IMG/VR virus record: IMGVR_UViG_3300042472_000628
Location: 37,455-101,454 of that record
Origin: a virus
Lineage: Duplodnaviria > Heunggongvirae > Uroviricota > Caudoviricetes
Length of the DNA: 64,000 nt
Strand: one strand, 5' to 3'
Positions 57,234 to 64,000 of this stretch are shown here, piece after piece. The position numbers and the translations under genes are program-made. How positions within the stretch are numbered: position 1 is the stretch's first letter; each line of letters begins with the position of its first letter. The notes under the pieces are model-generated. The model searched no databases. It was not told where the DNA came from and saw only the letters and a program-made list of their open reading frames with translations.

Positions 57234-60200
57234 TTGGCTCAATTAATACCACCATTTTTAGCAAACGCATTTGAAAGATTAGGTGCCGGTAATAAATCCA
57301 TGGAACAGGTTGCTGTTAACACTGGTAGAACTGCAGCTGCAGTCTCAGTTGGAGGTGACTTGTATCAAAAAATGGATGAACTTGTCAAAGCACTTAAAGG
57401 CGGTGGCGCCGGAAAAGGTAAAGTATCCATAAAAGAAGCATTAGTACTTAGAATTACTGCAGGTGCACTTGAACCAATTGGACTTGGATTAGGTGTAATT
57501 ATTGATGCATTAAATAGAGCACCGGATGGTAAAGAGCTTAAAATAAAAATGGAAGCTTTAACCAATGGTTTATTAGCACTTAGCGATATTGGATGGTCAA
57601 TCTTAAAATTCGCAGGAATGATGGTCTTAGCGTTACCATTATTAATTATTGCCGGAGTAGCGATGTTATTAATAGTACCATTGATTGCATTAATGGTTAA
57701 AGGTCTATTATGGGCTACTAGTAAATTAGACGAAAAAGCACAAGCACAAATATCAATGTTAGGTGATATTGGAAAGAGTTTATTAATATTAACAGCGAGT
57801 TTAGTATTATTGGCACTTTTAGCACCGTATGCATTACAGGGATTATTAGTTGCCGGATTGATTTTATTAGGAATGGGTTTAATCATTAAGATTTTAACTA
57901 TGATGAAACTAGATCCTAAAGGAATGAAAGACTTTGCTGATTCATTAAAATCATTAGCACTCGGTTTATTCGGATTAAGTTTAACCTTGATATTAATAGG
58001 ATTCTTAGCACAACCTATCATGATAGGTTTAGGTGTAGCAGCACTAGTTATTTTAACTATCGGTGGTGTATTTTGGCTTATGGATAAAATGCAAGTTGAT
58101 AAAGCTATGAAACGAGGTGGAAAAGCATTAATGTATGCTGCACTAGCAATATTATCGGTTTCTATTTCATTAGTATTATCTAGTTTAATATTATCAGCAA
58201 TAGGTTGGGAAGAAGTAGCCAAAGTTATGGCAGTTGTAGTTGGTATTGGAATAGTATTTGGAATTATAGGAGGAGTTGCTGGTAAAGCAATTAAGAAAGG
58301 AGCAGATGGTCTTATAAGAGCTGCACTGGCAATATTTGTACTTGGTCTAGCTATCATGTTTATGAAATATGTGATGGGTAACTTTGAAGGTGAAGATGTT
58401 CTTAAATCATTTATGGTACTTGCAGTAATTGCAGGTGTTGGTATTGTTTTTGGATTATTAGGAACCGAAGATAAATTTATTAAGAAAGGTGCTACTGCAA
58501 TGATGTTAGCAGGTATTTCAATGTTAATATTATCACTAGGTGTTGGTGCCATGATGAATGCATTAAAAAGTGCAACATGGGAAAAAACACTCATGATGGG
58601 TGCAATTATAGTAGGAGTTGGTTTAGCATTTGGAATCGCAGGTGAAGGACCTAACGCAGGTTATATCGCACTAGGTTCGGCAGCAATGGCTGCTGCTGGT
58701 CTTGCGCTATATATATTTGGTGGCGGCGTAAAAGAGTTTATGACAGGACTTAAAGATGCTACATGGGAAAAGATAGGTATGATGGCTGCAATTATTGTAG
58801 GTGTTGGTCTTGCATTTGCTGGTGTAGGTATTCCAATAGTTGCTGGCTTTATCGCACTCGGTGCTGGAGCAATGATAATTGCTGGAGCAGCATTGATAGT
58901 AATGGCAAAAGGTGTAAGTGCATTTAATAAATTGCCAATACAAGATATGATGGGCTCAGGTCGTTTATTTGGAGACAGTGGTCAAGTAACTAAAGGCTTT
59001 ATGGGATTCGGTGGTGGTCGTAAAATGACTAACATGGAAGTTATGTTTTTAGCTATAGCAGATTCTTTCTCTTTAGGACCTCTTCAAATAGCATCATTAT
59101 ATGTAACAGCGCCTGCATTAATAATGGCAGGTTTTGCATTACAGCAAATTGGAAAAGGATTACAAGAATTCCAAAAGGTAATTGGAACTTCAGATATAAA
59201 ACTTATAGGTGAAAATGTAGGGACAATAACAACTACATTAATAGAAGCATTTGCAAAAGCAGGTAATATGTTACCGAGGCCAAAAACAATCATGGGAGCA
59301 TTACTGAATGCAGTTACTGATCAAAATCCAGTAAGTAAAGGTATTTCTTCTGTTTCAGGTATGGGTAATGCTTTAACTAGTATTGCGATGGGTATGCAAC
59401 AAATGGCTAACTTACGTTTTCCGGTTGCATGGGACAAAAATGGTAAACCTATTAAATTTGAATCGATGAAATCTGATGCACCTCAAAAGGTTGCAGCAAA
59501 TACAAAGATAATAGTAGATGCTTTAGTTAAAGTTTTTGCTGATGCTGGTAACATGTTACCTAGACCAACATCTATCATGGGAGCATTGTTAAATGCAGTA
59601 TCAGATCAACATCCGGTAACTAAAGGTATTTCTTCTGTTGCAGGTATGGGTGGTGCATTAACAGGTATTGCTATGGGATTCCAAGCGATGGCAAATCTTA
59701 GATTTCCAGTAGAATGGGATAAAAATGGTAAACCTATCAAATTTACAACAGTAGATAATATTGAAGCGACTGCACAAAAAGTTAATAAAAATATAAAAAC
59801 AATAATAACAGGATTAACTAGTACTTTTCAATCTATAGGTAAAAAAGAGGACTCTTCGTGGTTCGGAAGTACTGATTATGAAAAAGGTGTTAGTATTGCT
59901 AATAAATTAGGAACTCCACTTAAGAATCTGGCTGAAGGTGTTATAATGATGGCTAATCTTAAATTTCCAACAGGTTTTGATAAAAATGGTAAACCTACTG
60001 GATTTACAGATTTATCAAAAATGTCACCAGAAGCTTTAAAGGCTAGAGTAGGTACAAATACTAAAAATTTAATTCAAGCATTAACAGGTACATTTGTTAC
60101 GATCGGTGGAGGTACTGCAGCAGACGACGAAGCAACAGAATCTAGTTGGTGGCAAGATGATACTGCATATGAAAAAGGAATTTCTATTGTAAATTCATTA

Positions 60201-61163
60201 ACAAAACCATATAAAGCATTATCAGAAACTATAAAATCTGTACTTGGTTTTATTGATAAGAAAATCGACACTGAAAGATTAAAAACAGTAGTACAAGGTT
60301 TATTTGCAGCAGTTGTTGCAGTAGGTGAGTTAGATGGTACTAAATTCTGGTTTGGTAATGGTAGAATGAAAGCTGCTGGAGAAACTTATGATGATTTTGG
60401 CGATAACATTAAATCAGCTATTCCTATTATCATGAAAGTTGATGCTAAAAAATTCACAGAACAAGTTACTGCTTTACTTGCAGCATTTACAACAGCTGGT
60501 GGATCTAGTGATCCTGCAGTTTTAAATGCAGCTAAACTTTTAACTGCGGCTATAGGAACTACATATGAAAAAATGGGTAACTCTATTCCTGGTATAGTTG
60601 GTGCTACTAATAAATTTAATCCTTATATGGGTCAAATGGTTTCACGTTTACTATTCGGTCAAGTTGATGCAGGAAATGCAGTAGCAGGTTATACTGCACA
60701 ATATAAAATGCAATTAGCATTAGCAACTACATATGGTAAAGCTGGTGAAAACTTCCCGAAAATATCAAGTTCAATTAATGCGTTAGATTTAACAAAATTA
60801 ACTGAAAGTAGAAAAATGTTCGAAGCATTAGCTGTATTATCAAAAGGAGGTTCTCCTGGAGATATTCTAGCACAAATGGGTAGTTCATTAGAAGATGCAT
60901 TAAAGAATCTTGCAACAATGTTAGAAAAATTCAAAACAACAGTTAAAGAAGGTAATGAATCACAAGGTGGTATATTAAAAGAAGTTGGAAACGCAGTTAC
61001 CGGAGTTAAAAATGCAATTACCGGTGGCGGTGGAGGTGGTGCTAAACCAAGTGCTAAAGAAACTCCTGCTAAACTACCATCGAAAATGACAGTAGATATT
61101 TCTCCTGAATCTATAGCTGCATTAAAGAAAGGTAGCGGTATGGGTGGAGGTAATGGGTTTTAA
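57234..61163 (+). CDS. Tape measure protein (TTG start)
   Basis: 1309 aa, Ala/Gly-rich helical with long hydrophobic repeats, downstream of sheath, tube and chaperone genes. Confidence 0.75.
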   Translation: MAQLIPPFLANAFERLGAGNKSMEQVAVNTGRTAAAVSVGGDLYQKMDELVKALKGGGAGKGKVSIKEALVLRITAGALEPIGLGLGVIIDALNRAPDGKELKIKMEALTNGLLALSDIGWSILKFAGMMVLALPLLIIAGVAMLLIVPLIALMVKGLLWATSKLDEKAQAQISMLGDIGKSLLILTASLVLLALLAPYALQGLLVAGLILLGMGLIIKILTMMKLDPKGMKDFADSLKSLALGLFGLSLTLILIGFLAQPIMIGLGVAALVILTIGGVFWLMDKMQVDKAMKRGGKALMYAALAILSVSISLVLSSLILSAIGWEEVAKVMAVVVGIGIVFGIIGGVAGKAIKKGADGLIRAALAIFVLGLAIMFMKYVMGNFEGEDVLKSFMVLAVIAGVGIVFGLLGTEDKFIKKGATAMMLAGISMLILSLGVGAMMNALKSATWEKTLMMGAIIVGVGLAFGIAGEGPNAGYIALGSAAMAAAGLALYIFGGGVKEFMTGLKDATWEKIGMMAAIIVGVGLAFAGVGIPIVAGFIALGAGAMIIAGAALIVMAKGVSAFNKLPIQDMMGSGRLFGDSGQVTKGFMGFGGGRKMTNMEVMFLAIADSFSLGPLQIASLYVTAPALIMAGFALQQIGKGLQEFQKVIGTSDIKLIGENVGTITTTLIEAFAKAGNMLPRPKTIMGALLNAVTDQNPVSKGISSVSGMGNALTSIAMGMQQMANLRFPVAWDKNGKPIKFESMKSDAPQKVAANTKIIVDALVKVFADAGNMLPRPTSIMGALLNAVSDQHPVTKGISSVAGMGGALTGIAMGFQAMANLRFPVEWDKNGKPIKFTTVDNIEATAQKVNKNIKTIITGLTSTFQSIGKKEDSSWFGSTDYEKGVSIANKLGTPLKNLAEGVIMMANLKFPTGFDKNGKPTGFTDLSKMSPEALKARVGTNTKNLIQALTGTFVTIGGGTAADDEATESSWWQDDTAYEKGISIVNSLTKPYKALSETIKSVLGFIDKKIDTERLKTVVQGLFAAVVAVGELDGTKFWFGNGRMKAAGETYDDFGDNIKSAIPIIMKVDAKKFTEQVTALLAAFTTAGGSSDPAVLNAAKLLTAAIGTTYEKMGNSIPGIVGATNKFNPYMGQMVSRLLFGQVDAGNAVAGYTAQYKMQLALATTYGKAGENFPKISSSINALDLTKLTESRKMFEALAVLSKGGSPGDILAQMGSSLEDALKNLATMLEKFKTTVKEGNESQGGILKEVGNAVTGVKNAITGGGGGGAKPSAKETPAKLPSKMTVDISPESIAALKKGSGMGGGNGF
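59259..59996 (+). repeat. 95-aa (285-nt) internal duplication plus a partial third copy in the tape measure
   Basis: AGNMLPRP..MANLRFPV.WDKNGKPIKF at 59259 and 59544; MANLKFPTGFDKNGKP near 59949. Confidence 0.85.
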
Positions 61164-61176
61164 AGTCAATAACTTT

Positions 61177-61204
61177 GAAACAAAATAATTCAATCTTATA
61201 TAAT
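61177..61204 (+). promoter_or_regulatory. Putative middle promoter GAAAC-N17-TATAAT
   Basis: Heads the KTSC - ORF - tRNA unit. Confidence 0.7.
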
Positions 61205-61220
61205 ATTCAAAACAAGTAAT

Positions 61221-61475
61221 ATGAAAACATCAACTAGTTCAACTTATGATAGCTCTACTGTAGTATCAGCTTCATATAATTATCAATTCAAAACATTAGC
61301 AGTTCAATTTAATGGCTCTACATATGTTTATTTAGATGTAGAACCTGCAGATTTTGAAACCTTTAACAATGCAGAATCTCAAGGGATTGCTCTTAACGAG
61401 GTTATAAAACCTAAATATCAGTTTAACAAACTCTCAGCTGACGGTACGCCAATAGTTGAAGATCCACAAGTTTAA
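61221..61475 (+). CDS. KTSC domain protein
   Basis: SSTVVSASY...LAVQF.GSTYVY.DV....F..AES.G....VIKPKY. Confidence 0.85.
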   Translation: MKTSTSSTYDSSTVVSASYNYQFKTLAVQFNGSTYVYLDVEPADFETFNNAESQGIALNEVIKPKYQFNKLSADGTPIVEDPQV

Positions 61476-61494
61476 TTGATTTATTTTACGACAT

Positions 61495-61958
61495 TTCTTT
61501 AGCCAAGAATTCACAAAATTAAATTAATAACATATGGAACAAATAATTGCATTCGTTTTAGGTGTATTGTTGGTGGCAATTCCAATTGCTGTTTACGGTA
61601 TGTTTAGGACTAGTAGAAAATTAAGAGTACTTCGTAATGATGTCGAATATCTTACAGAAGTTATTGAAGACTTAGAAAGAAGTTTTGAAAACAGAAATGA
61701 ATTGATTGATCGTAGAATTGATCAAGAAATTGACAGATTAAATGTAACATCTGATAAAATCTATAAATATATAGATTCAAGAACAGATAAAATAGAATCA
61801 AGAATAGTAGCTGCTATAGACGATTTAGAAGAGAAAATGTATTCTGATATGAATGCCAGATTTAATGATAATACTGGTTTCGTTGATAAATTATTTCATC
61901 AAATTGCAGATCTAGGCAAAAGCAAAAGCAAAAATAAATAATATTCTTGGCTAAAGAA
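61495..61958. repeat. Perfect 16-bp inverted repeat (61495-61510 / 61943-61958) enclosing one ORF
   Basis: TTCTTTAGCCAAGAAT and its exact reverse complement ATTCTTGGCTAAAGAA. Confidence 0.9.
61534..61941 (+). CDS. Membrane-anchored coiled-coil hypothetical protein
   Basis: N-terminal hydrophobic helix followed by heptads. Confidence 0.7.
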   Translation: MEQIIAFVLGVLLVAIPIAVYGMFRTSRKLRVLRNDVEYLTEVIEDLERSFENRNELIDRRIDQEIDRLNVTSDKIYKYIDSRTDKIESRIVAAIDDLEEKMYSDMNARFNDNTGFVDKLFHQIADLGKSKSKNK

Positions 61959-61962
61959 TAAT

Positions 61963-62047
61963 GGAGGATTGGCAGAGTGGTCGATCGCGGCAGTCTTGAA
62001 AACTGTTGTACCGCAAGGTACCGTAGGTTCGAATCCTACATCCTCCG
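61963..62047 (+). tRNA. trnS: tRNA-Ser(UGA), CCA not encoded
   Basis: Acceptor GGAGGAT/ATCCTCC, D loop TGGCAGAGTGG, anticodon arm GCAGT-CTTGAAA-ACTGT, long variable arm, T arm GTAGG-TTCGAAT-CCTAC; followed by G-CAA. Confidence 0.95.
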
Positions 62048-62049
62048 CA

Positions 62050-62081
62050 AAAATGCAATCAGAAATGGTTGCATTTTTTTT
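62050..62081 (+). terminator. Rho-independent terminator after the tRNA
   Basis: AAAATGCAATC ... GGTTGCATTTT followed by a T tract. Confidence 0.8.
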
Positions 62082-62126
62082 GAAACAAACTCAACTAACC
62101 TAGATATAAATTATAAATTATTCAAC

Positions 62127-62456
62127 ATGAAACATATTATTATTGAAAGACTTTTAGATCAAGGTCATATTACGATTAAAATTGCTGATGTTATTATAAA
62201 TAACAAAACTGGTAAAGCGGATCACATTTCTGATTTAAAAGGTGATGGTATTATTACAAACAGTGAAGCTCTTACTTTATTAAGAGATAGCGAAGCACCT
62301 TCATTTCCATTTGGTGTTCCTAATCAACCATTTCCAACTATGCCATTGACATATCCTTATAATCCATTCAATACACCAGGTACTAATGATCCTAATACTC
62401 CACCGTGGACAGTAACATGTTCATATAGTGCAAATAAAAACTTTACTGATAAGTAA
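62127..62456 (+). CDS. Hypothetical protein with a Pro-rich C-terminus
   Basis: Start reassigned to the ATG at 62127 because the track start lies inside the tRNA; GAAAC box at 62082. Confidence 0.65.
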   Translation: MKHIIIERLLDQGHITIKIADVIINNKTGKADHISDLKGDGIITNSEALTLLRDSEAPSFPFGVPNQPFPTMPLTYPYNPFNTPGTNDPNTPPWTVTCSYSANKNFTDK

Positions 62457-62459
62457 ATC

Positions 62460-62672
62460 ATGACTGATAGTGAATTTATTCAAAAACACATCGAGAGCAT
62501 ATTAGATGTTCCTGGAGACATAGCATCTGGAATCAATGGTTGTATACTCAAATCTGCATACAAGAGAACCTGTAAGATACTAGAAGCCAATGGAGCACCA
62601 AGGCCAACTATAGTACAAGTCATTGAAGATCCTGAGGTAGAAACCACATATATTGTAGAAAATGGACAATAA
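62460..62672 (+). CDS. Hypothetical protein
   Basis: Compactly packed ORF. Confidence 0.6.
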   Translation: MTDSEFIQKHIESILDVPGDIASGINGCILKSAYKRTCKILEANGAPRPTIVQVIEDPEVETTYIVENGQ

Positions 62673-62811
62673 TTTTATATTCTGGGATGAAATGTGGAAT
62701 GAACCAAAACCTAAAGATAAAGAACCTAATAATGAATGTTGTGGCGATTGGGACGAAACCGGTAATTGTCAATGTAAAATAAAAAAAGATGAAAATAAAA
62801 ACCAAGAATAG
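62662..62811 (+). CDS. Small Cys-rich protein (49 aa), absent from the ORF track
   Basis: MDNNFIFWDEMW...ECCGDWDETGNCQCK; bridges two neighbouring ORFs. Confidence 0.5.
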   Translation: MDNNFIFWDEMWNEPKPKDKEPNNECCGDWDETGNCQCKIKKDENKNQE

Positions 62812-63010
62812 AGATTATAATTTTAACTTTTCCTTTCCAACTATAATATTTGCACTACCAACTGCATTTATTGGACACCATATTCATGGTAGTATTTTTT
62901 GGGCAATTATGGATTTAATATTCTGGCCATTCGCATGGATCAAATGGTTCATATATCACGAAGTAAATCTAAGTATAATCAAAGAAACATTTAGTTGGTT
63001 TTTTAAGTAA
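62789..63010 (+). CDS. Small membrane protein (2 predicted TM helices)
   Basis: Two hydrophobic segments. Confidence 0.65.
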   Translation: MKIKTKNRDYNFNFSFPTIIFALPTAFIGHHIHGSIFWAIMDLIFWPFAWIKWFIYHEVNLSIIKETFSWFFK

Positions 63011-63011
63011 A

Positions 63012-63069
63012 ATTGTTCGTAACTTTTTGACTTAATATTTTTTTATGTCATTTATTTGTGGTATATTAG
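63012..63069 (+). promoter_or_regulatory. Putative early promoter
   Basis: ATTGTTcgtAACTTTT ... TGTCAT-N10-TATATTAG. Confidence 0.7.
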
Positions 63070-63087
63070 CTTTATAAAATTAAGAAC

Positions 63088-63501
63088 ATGAAAAAATTAC
63101 TTTGGTTAGACGATATGAGAGACCCTCAAACAGACACTTGGTTAATGTCTTATGCACCTGATTTTGATGAAGATAGAGACAACGTAGTTTGGGTTAAAAA
63201 CTATGAGGACTTTGTTGCTTGGATCACAGAAAATGGTTTGCCATATAAAATTGCATTTGACCACGATTTAGGTCAAGATGAAGCTGATATGAAAGTTGCA
63301 AGTGGAATGAGCAAAAGCCAATCTAGAAAAGAAAAGAAAGGTATTAAAGATGGTAAGGATGCTGCAAATTGGTTAGTAGATTATTGTTTAGATAATGGTT
63401 TAAATATTCCATTGTTTACAATTCAAAGTGCTAATCCGACAGGTGCAGATAATATCAAAGGTTTATTATTAGGAGCTATCAAACATATTAATAAAAATTA
63501 A
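63088..63501 (+). CDS. Cyclic-phosphate-processing receiver-like domain protein
   Basis: LWLDDMRDP, AFDHDLG, G.DAANWL, QSANP.G..NI. Confidence 0.8.
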   Translation: MKKLLWLDDMRDPQTDTWLMSYAPDFDEDRDNVVWVKNYEDFVAWITENGLPYKIAFDHDLGQDEADMKVASGMSKSQSRKEKKGIKDGKDAANWLVDYCLDNGLNIPLFTIQSANPTGADNIKGLLLGAIKHINKN

Positions 63502-63502
63502 A

Positions 63503-63694
63503 ATGGAGAAAATTAAAGCCTTTTTCGATGCAACTGGAGCGTTCTTTCGTTGGATGTGGATGTATCCAACAACACCAATTGAGAATTTCCAAGATGCTAA
63601 ATTTCGATATGCTGCACAAACAGATCCTGAAATTAAAGCTGCTTTTGAAGAATTTGAGAAATCAATAAGAGAACATATAAGTAAAAATAAATGA
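63503..63694 (+). CDS. Hypothetical protein
   Basis: Compactly packed ORF. Confidence 0.55.
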   Translation: MEKIKAFFDATGAFFRWMWMYPTTPIENFQDAKFRYAAQTDPEIKAAFEEFEKSIREHISKNK

Positions 63695-64000
63695 AAGTAA
63701 TATTCTTAGATCATGATGGAGTTATATGTTTAGCTTCTGAATGGGGTAGCAGATATAAGAAGATGAAAAAAGCTAAACACTTTGGTTCTATTAATGATAG
63801 AGAAAATCCAGTTGATTTTAGGTTTGACAACTTCAATCAAAAAGCAATAACAATACTTAATGATATTATCGAACAAACCGGGGCTGAAATAGTAGTAAGT
63901 TCAGATTGGCAACGATGGTGTACAGTAGAAGAAATGGGTGGATATTATGAATCTAAGGGTATCATTAAAAAACCCATTGCTTTTACACCAGATCTTAAAG
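63691..64000 (+). CDS. HAD-family phosphatase of the Swiss-Army-Knife RNA-repair type (partial; runs off the window)
   Basis: MKVIFLDHDGV, L..II..TGAEIVVSSDW. Confidence 0.8.
   Translation, partial: MKVIFLDHDGVICLASEWGSRYKKMKKAKHFGSINDRENPVDFRFDNFNQKAITILNDIIEQTGAEIVVSSDWQRWCTVEEMGGYYESKGIIKKPIAFTPDLK

Noticed and set aside
182-60934. The many short minus-strand and alternative-frame ORFs in the track (e.g. 182..562, 3360..3653, 39278..39646, 57365..58594)
   Set aside because: They lie entirely within well-supported + strand genes and look like antisense shadows of biased codon usage; no initiation signals or motifs.
61977-62126. 5' extension of the ORF 61977..62456
   Set aside because: It overlaps the tRNA and its terminator; the true start is probably the ATG at 62127.
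1-64000. Stop-codon reassignment (alternative genetic code)
   Set aside because: Conserved core genes read full length in the standard code and end at TAA, TAG or TGA; no suppressor tRNA is seen.
1-64000. CRISPR array, integrase/transposase, rRNA
   Set aside because: No regularly spaced repeat-spacer array, no recombinase or transposase motifs and no rRNA-like sequence were seen.

Overview
A 64-kb, very AT-rich, densely coding segment (almost all + strand) of a large T4-like myophage. A Bacteroidota/Flavobacteria-like host is inferred from the A-rich ribosome-binding regions without Shine-Dalgarno sequences, the TAnnTT(A/T)G -7-type promoters and the nrdB-nrdA order. Core genes: uvsW, a split family-B DNA polymerase, putative clamp, clamp loader, uvsX, gp41 helicase, gp46/47, RNase H, nrdAB, gp55 late sigma, gp4, gp2, portal, a fused protease-scaffold, major capsid, terminase, sheath, tube, gp26/gp51-like pair, tape measure and one tRNA-Ser(UGA). 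Three recurring promoter classes are visible by eye: early-type TGTCAA-N10-TATATTAG, middle-type GAAAC-N17-TATAA, and late-type GATATATA. The most interesting accessory signals are: (1) a Ro60/TROVE-like gene followed by a separately promoted and terminated structured non-coding locus with two stem+TACAGCAA elements, next to a CCA-adding enzyme; (2) a DNA-hypermodification-like cluster with two amino-acid:DNA-transferase-like genes, a PLP enzyme, LOG, an SGNH-like protein and two dNTP pyrophosphatases; (3) a block of late proteins with T4-like capsid-targeting/protease-cleavage motifs, including a ligase-like nucleotidyltransferase pair fused to a cytidyltransferase-like domain; (4) a probable programmed frameshift in the tail-chaperone pair upstream of the tape measure; (5) a perfect 16-bp inverted repeat enclosing one ORF and abutting the tRNA. 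All family assignments are from motif recognition by eye; no database searches or folding programs were run.
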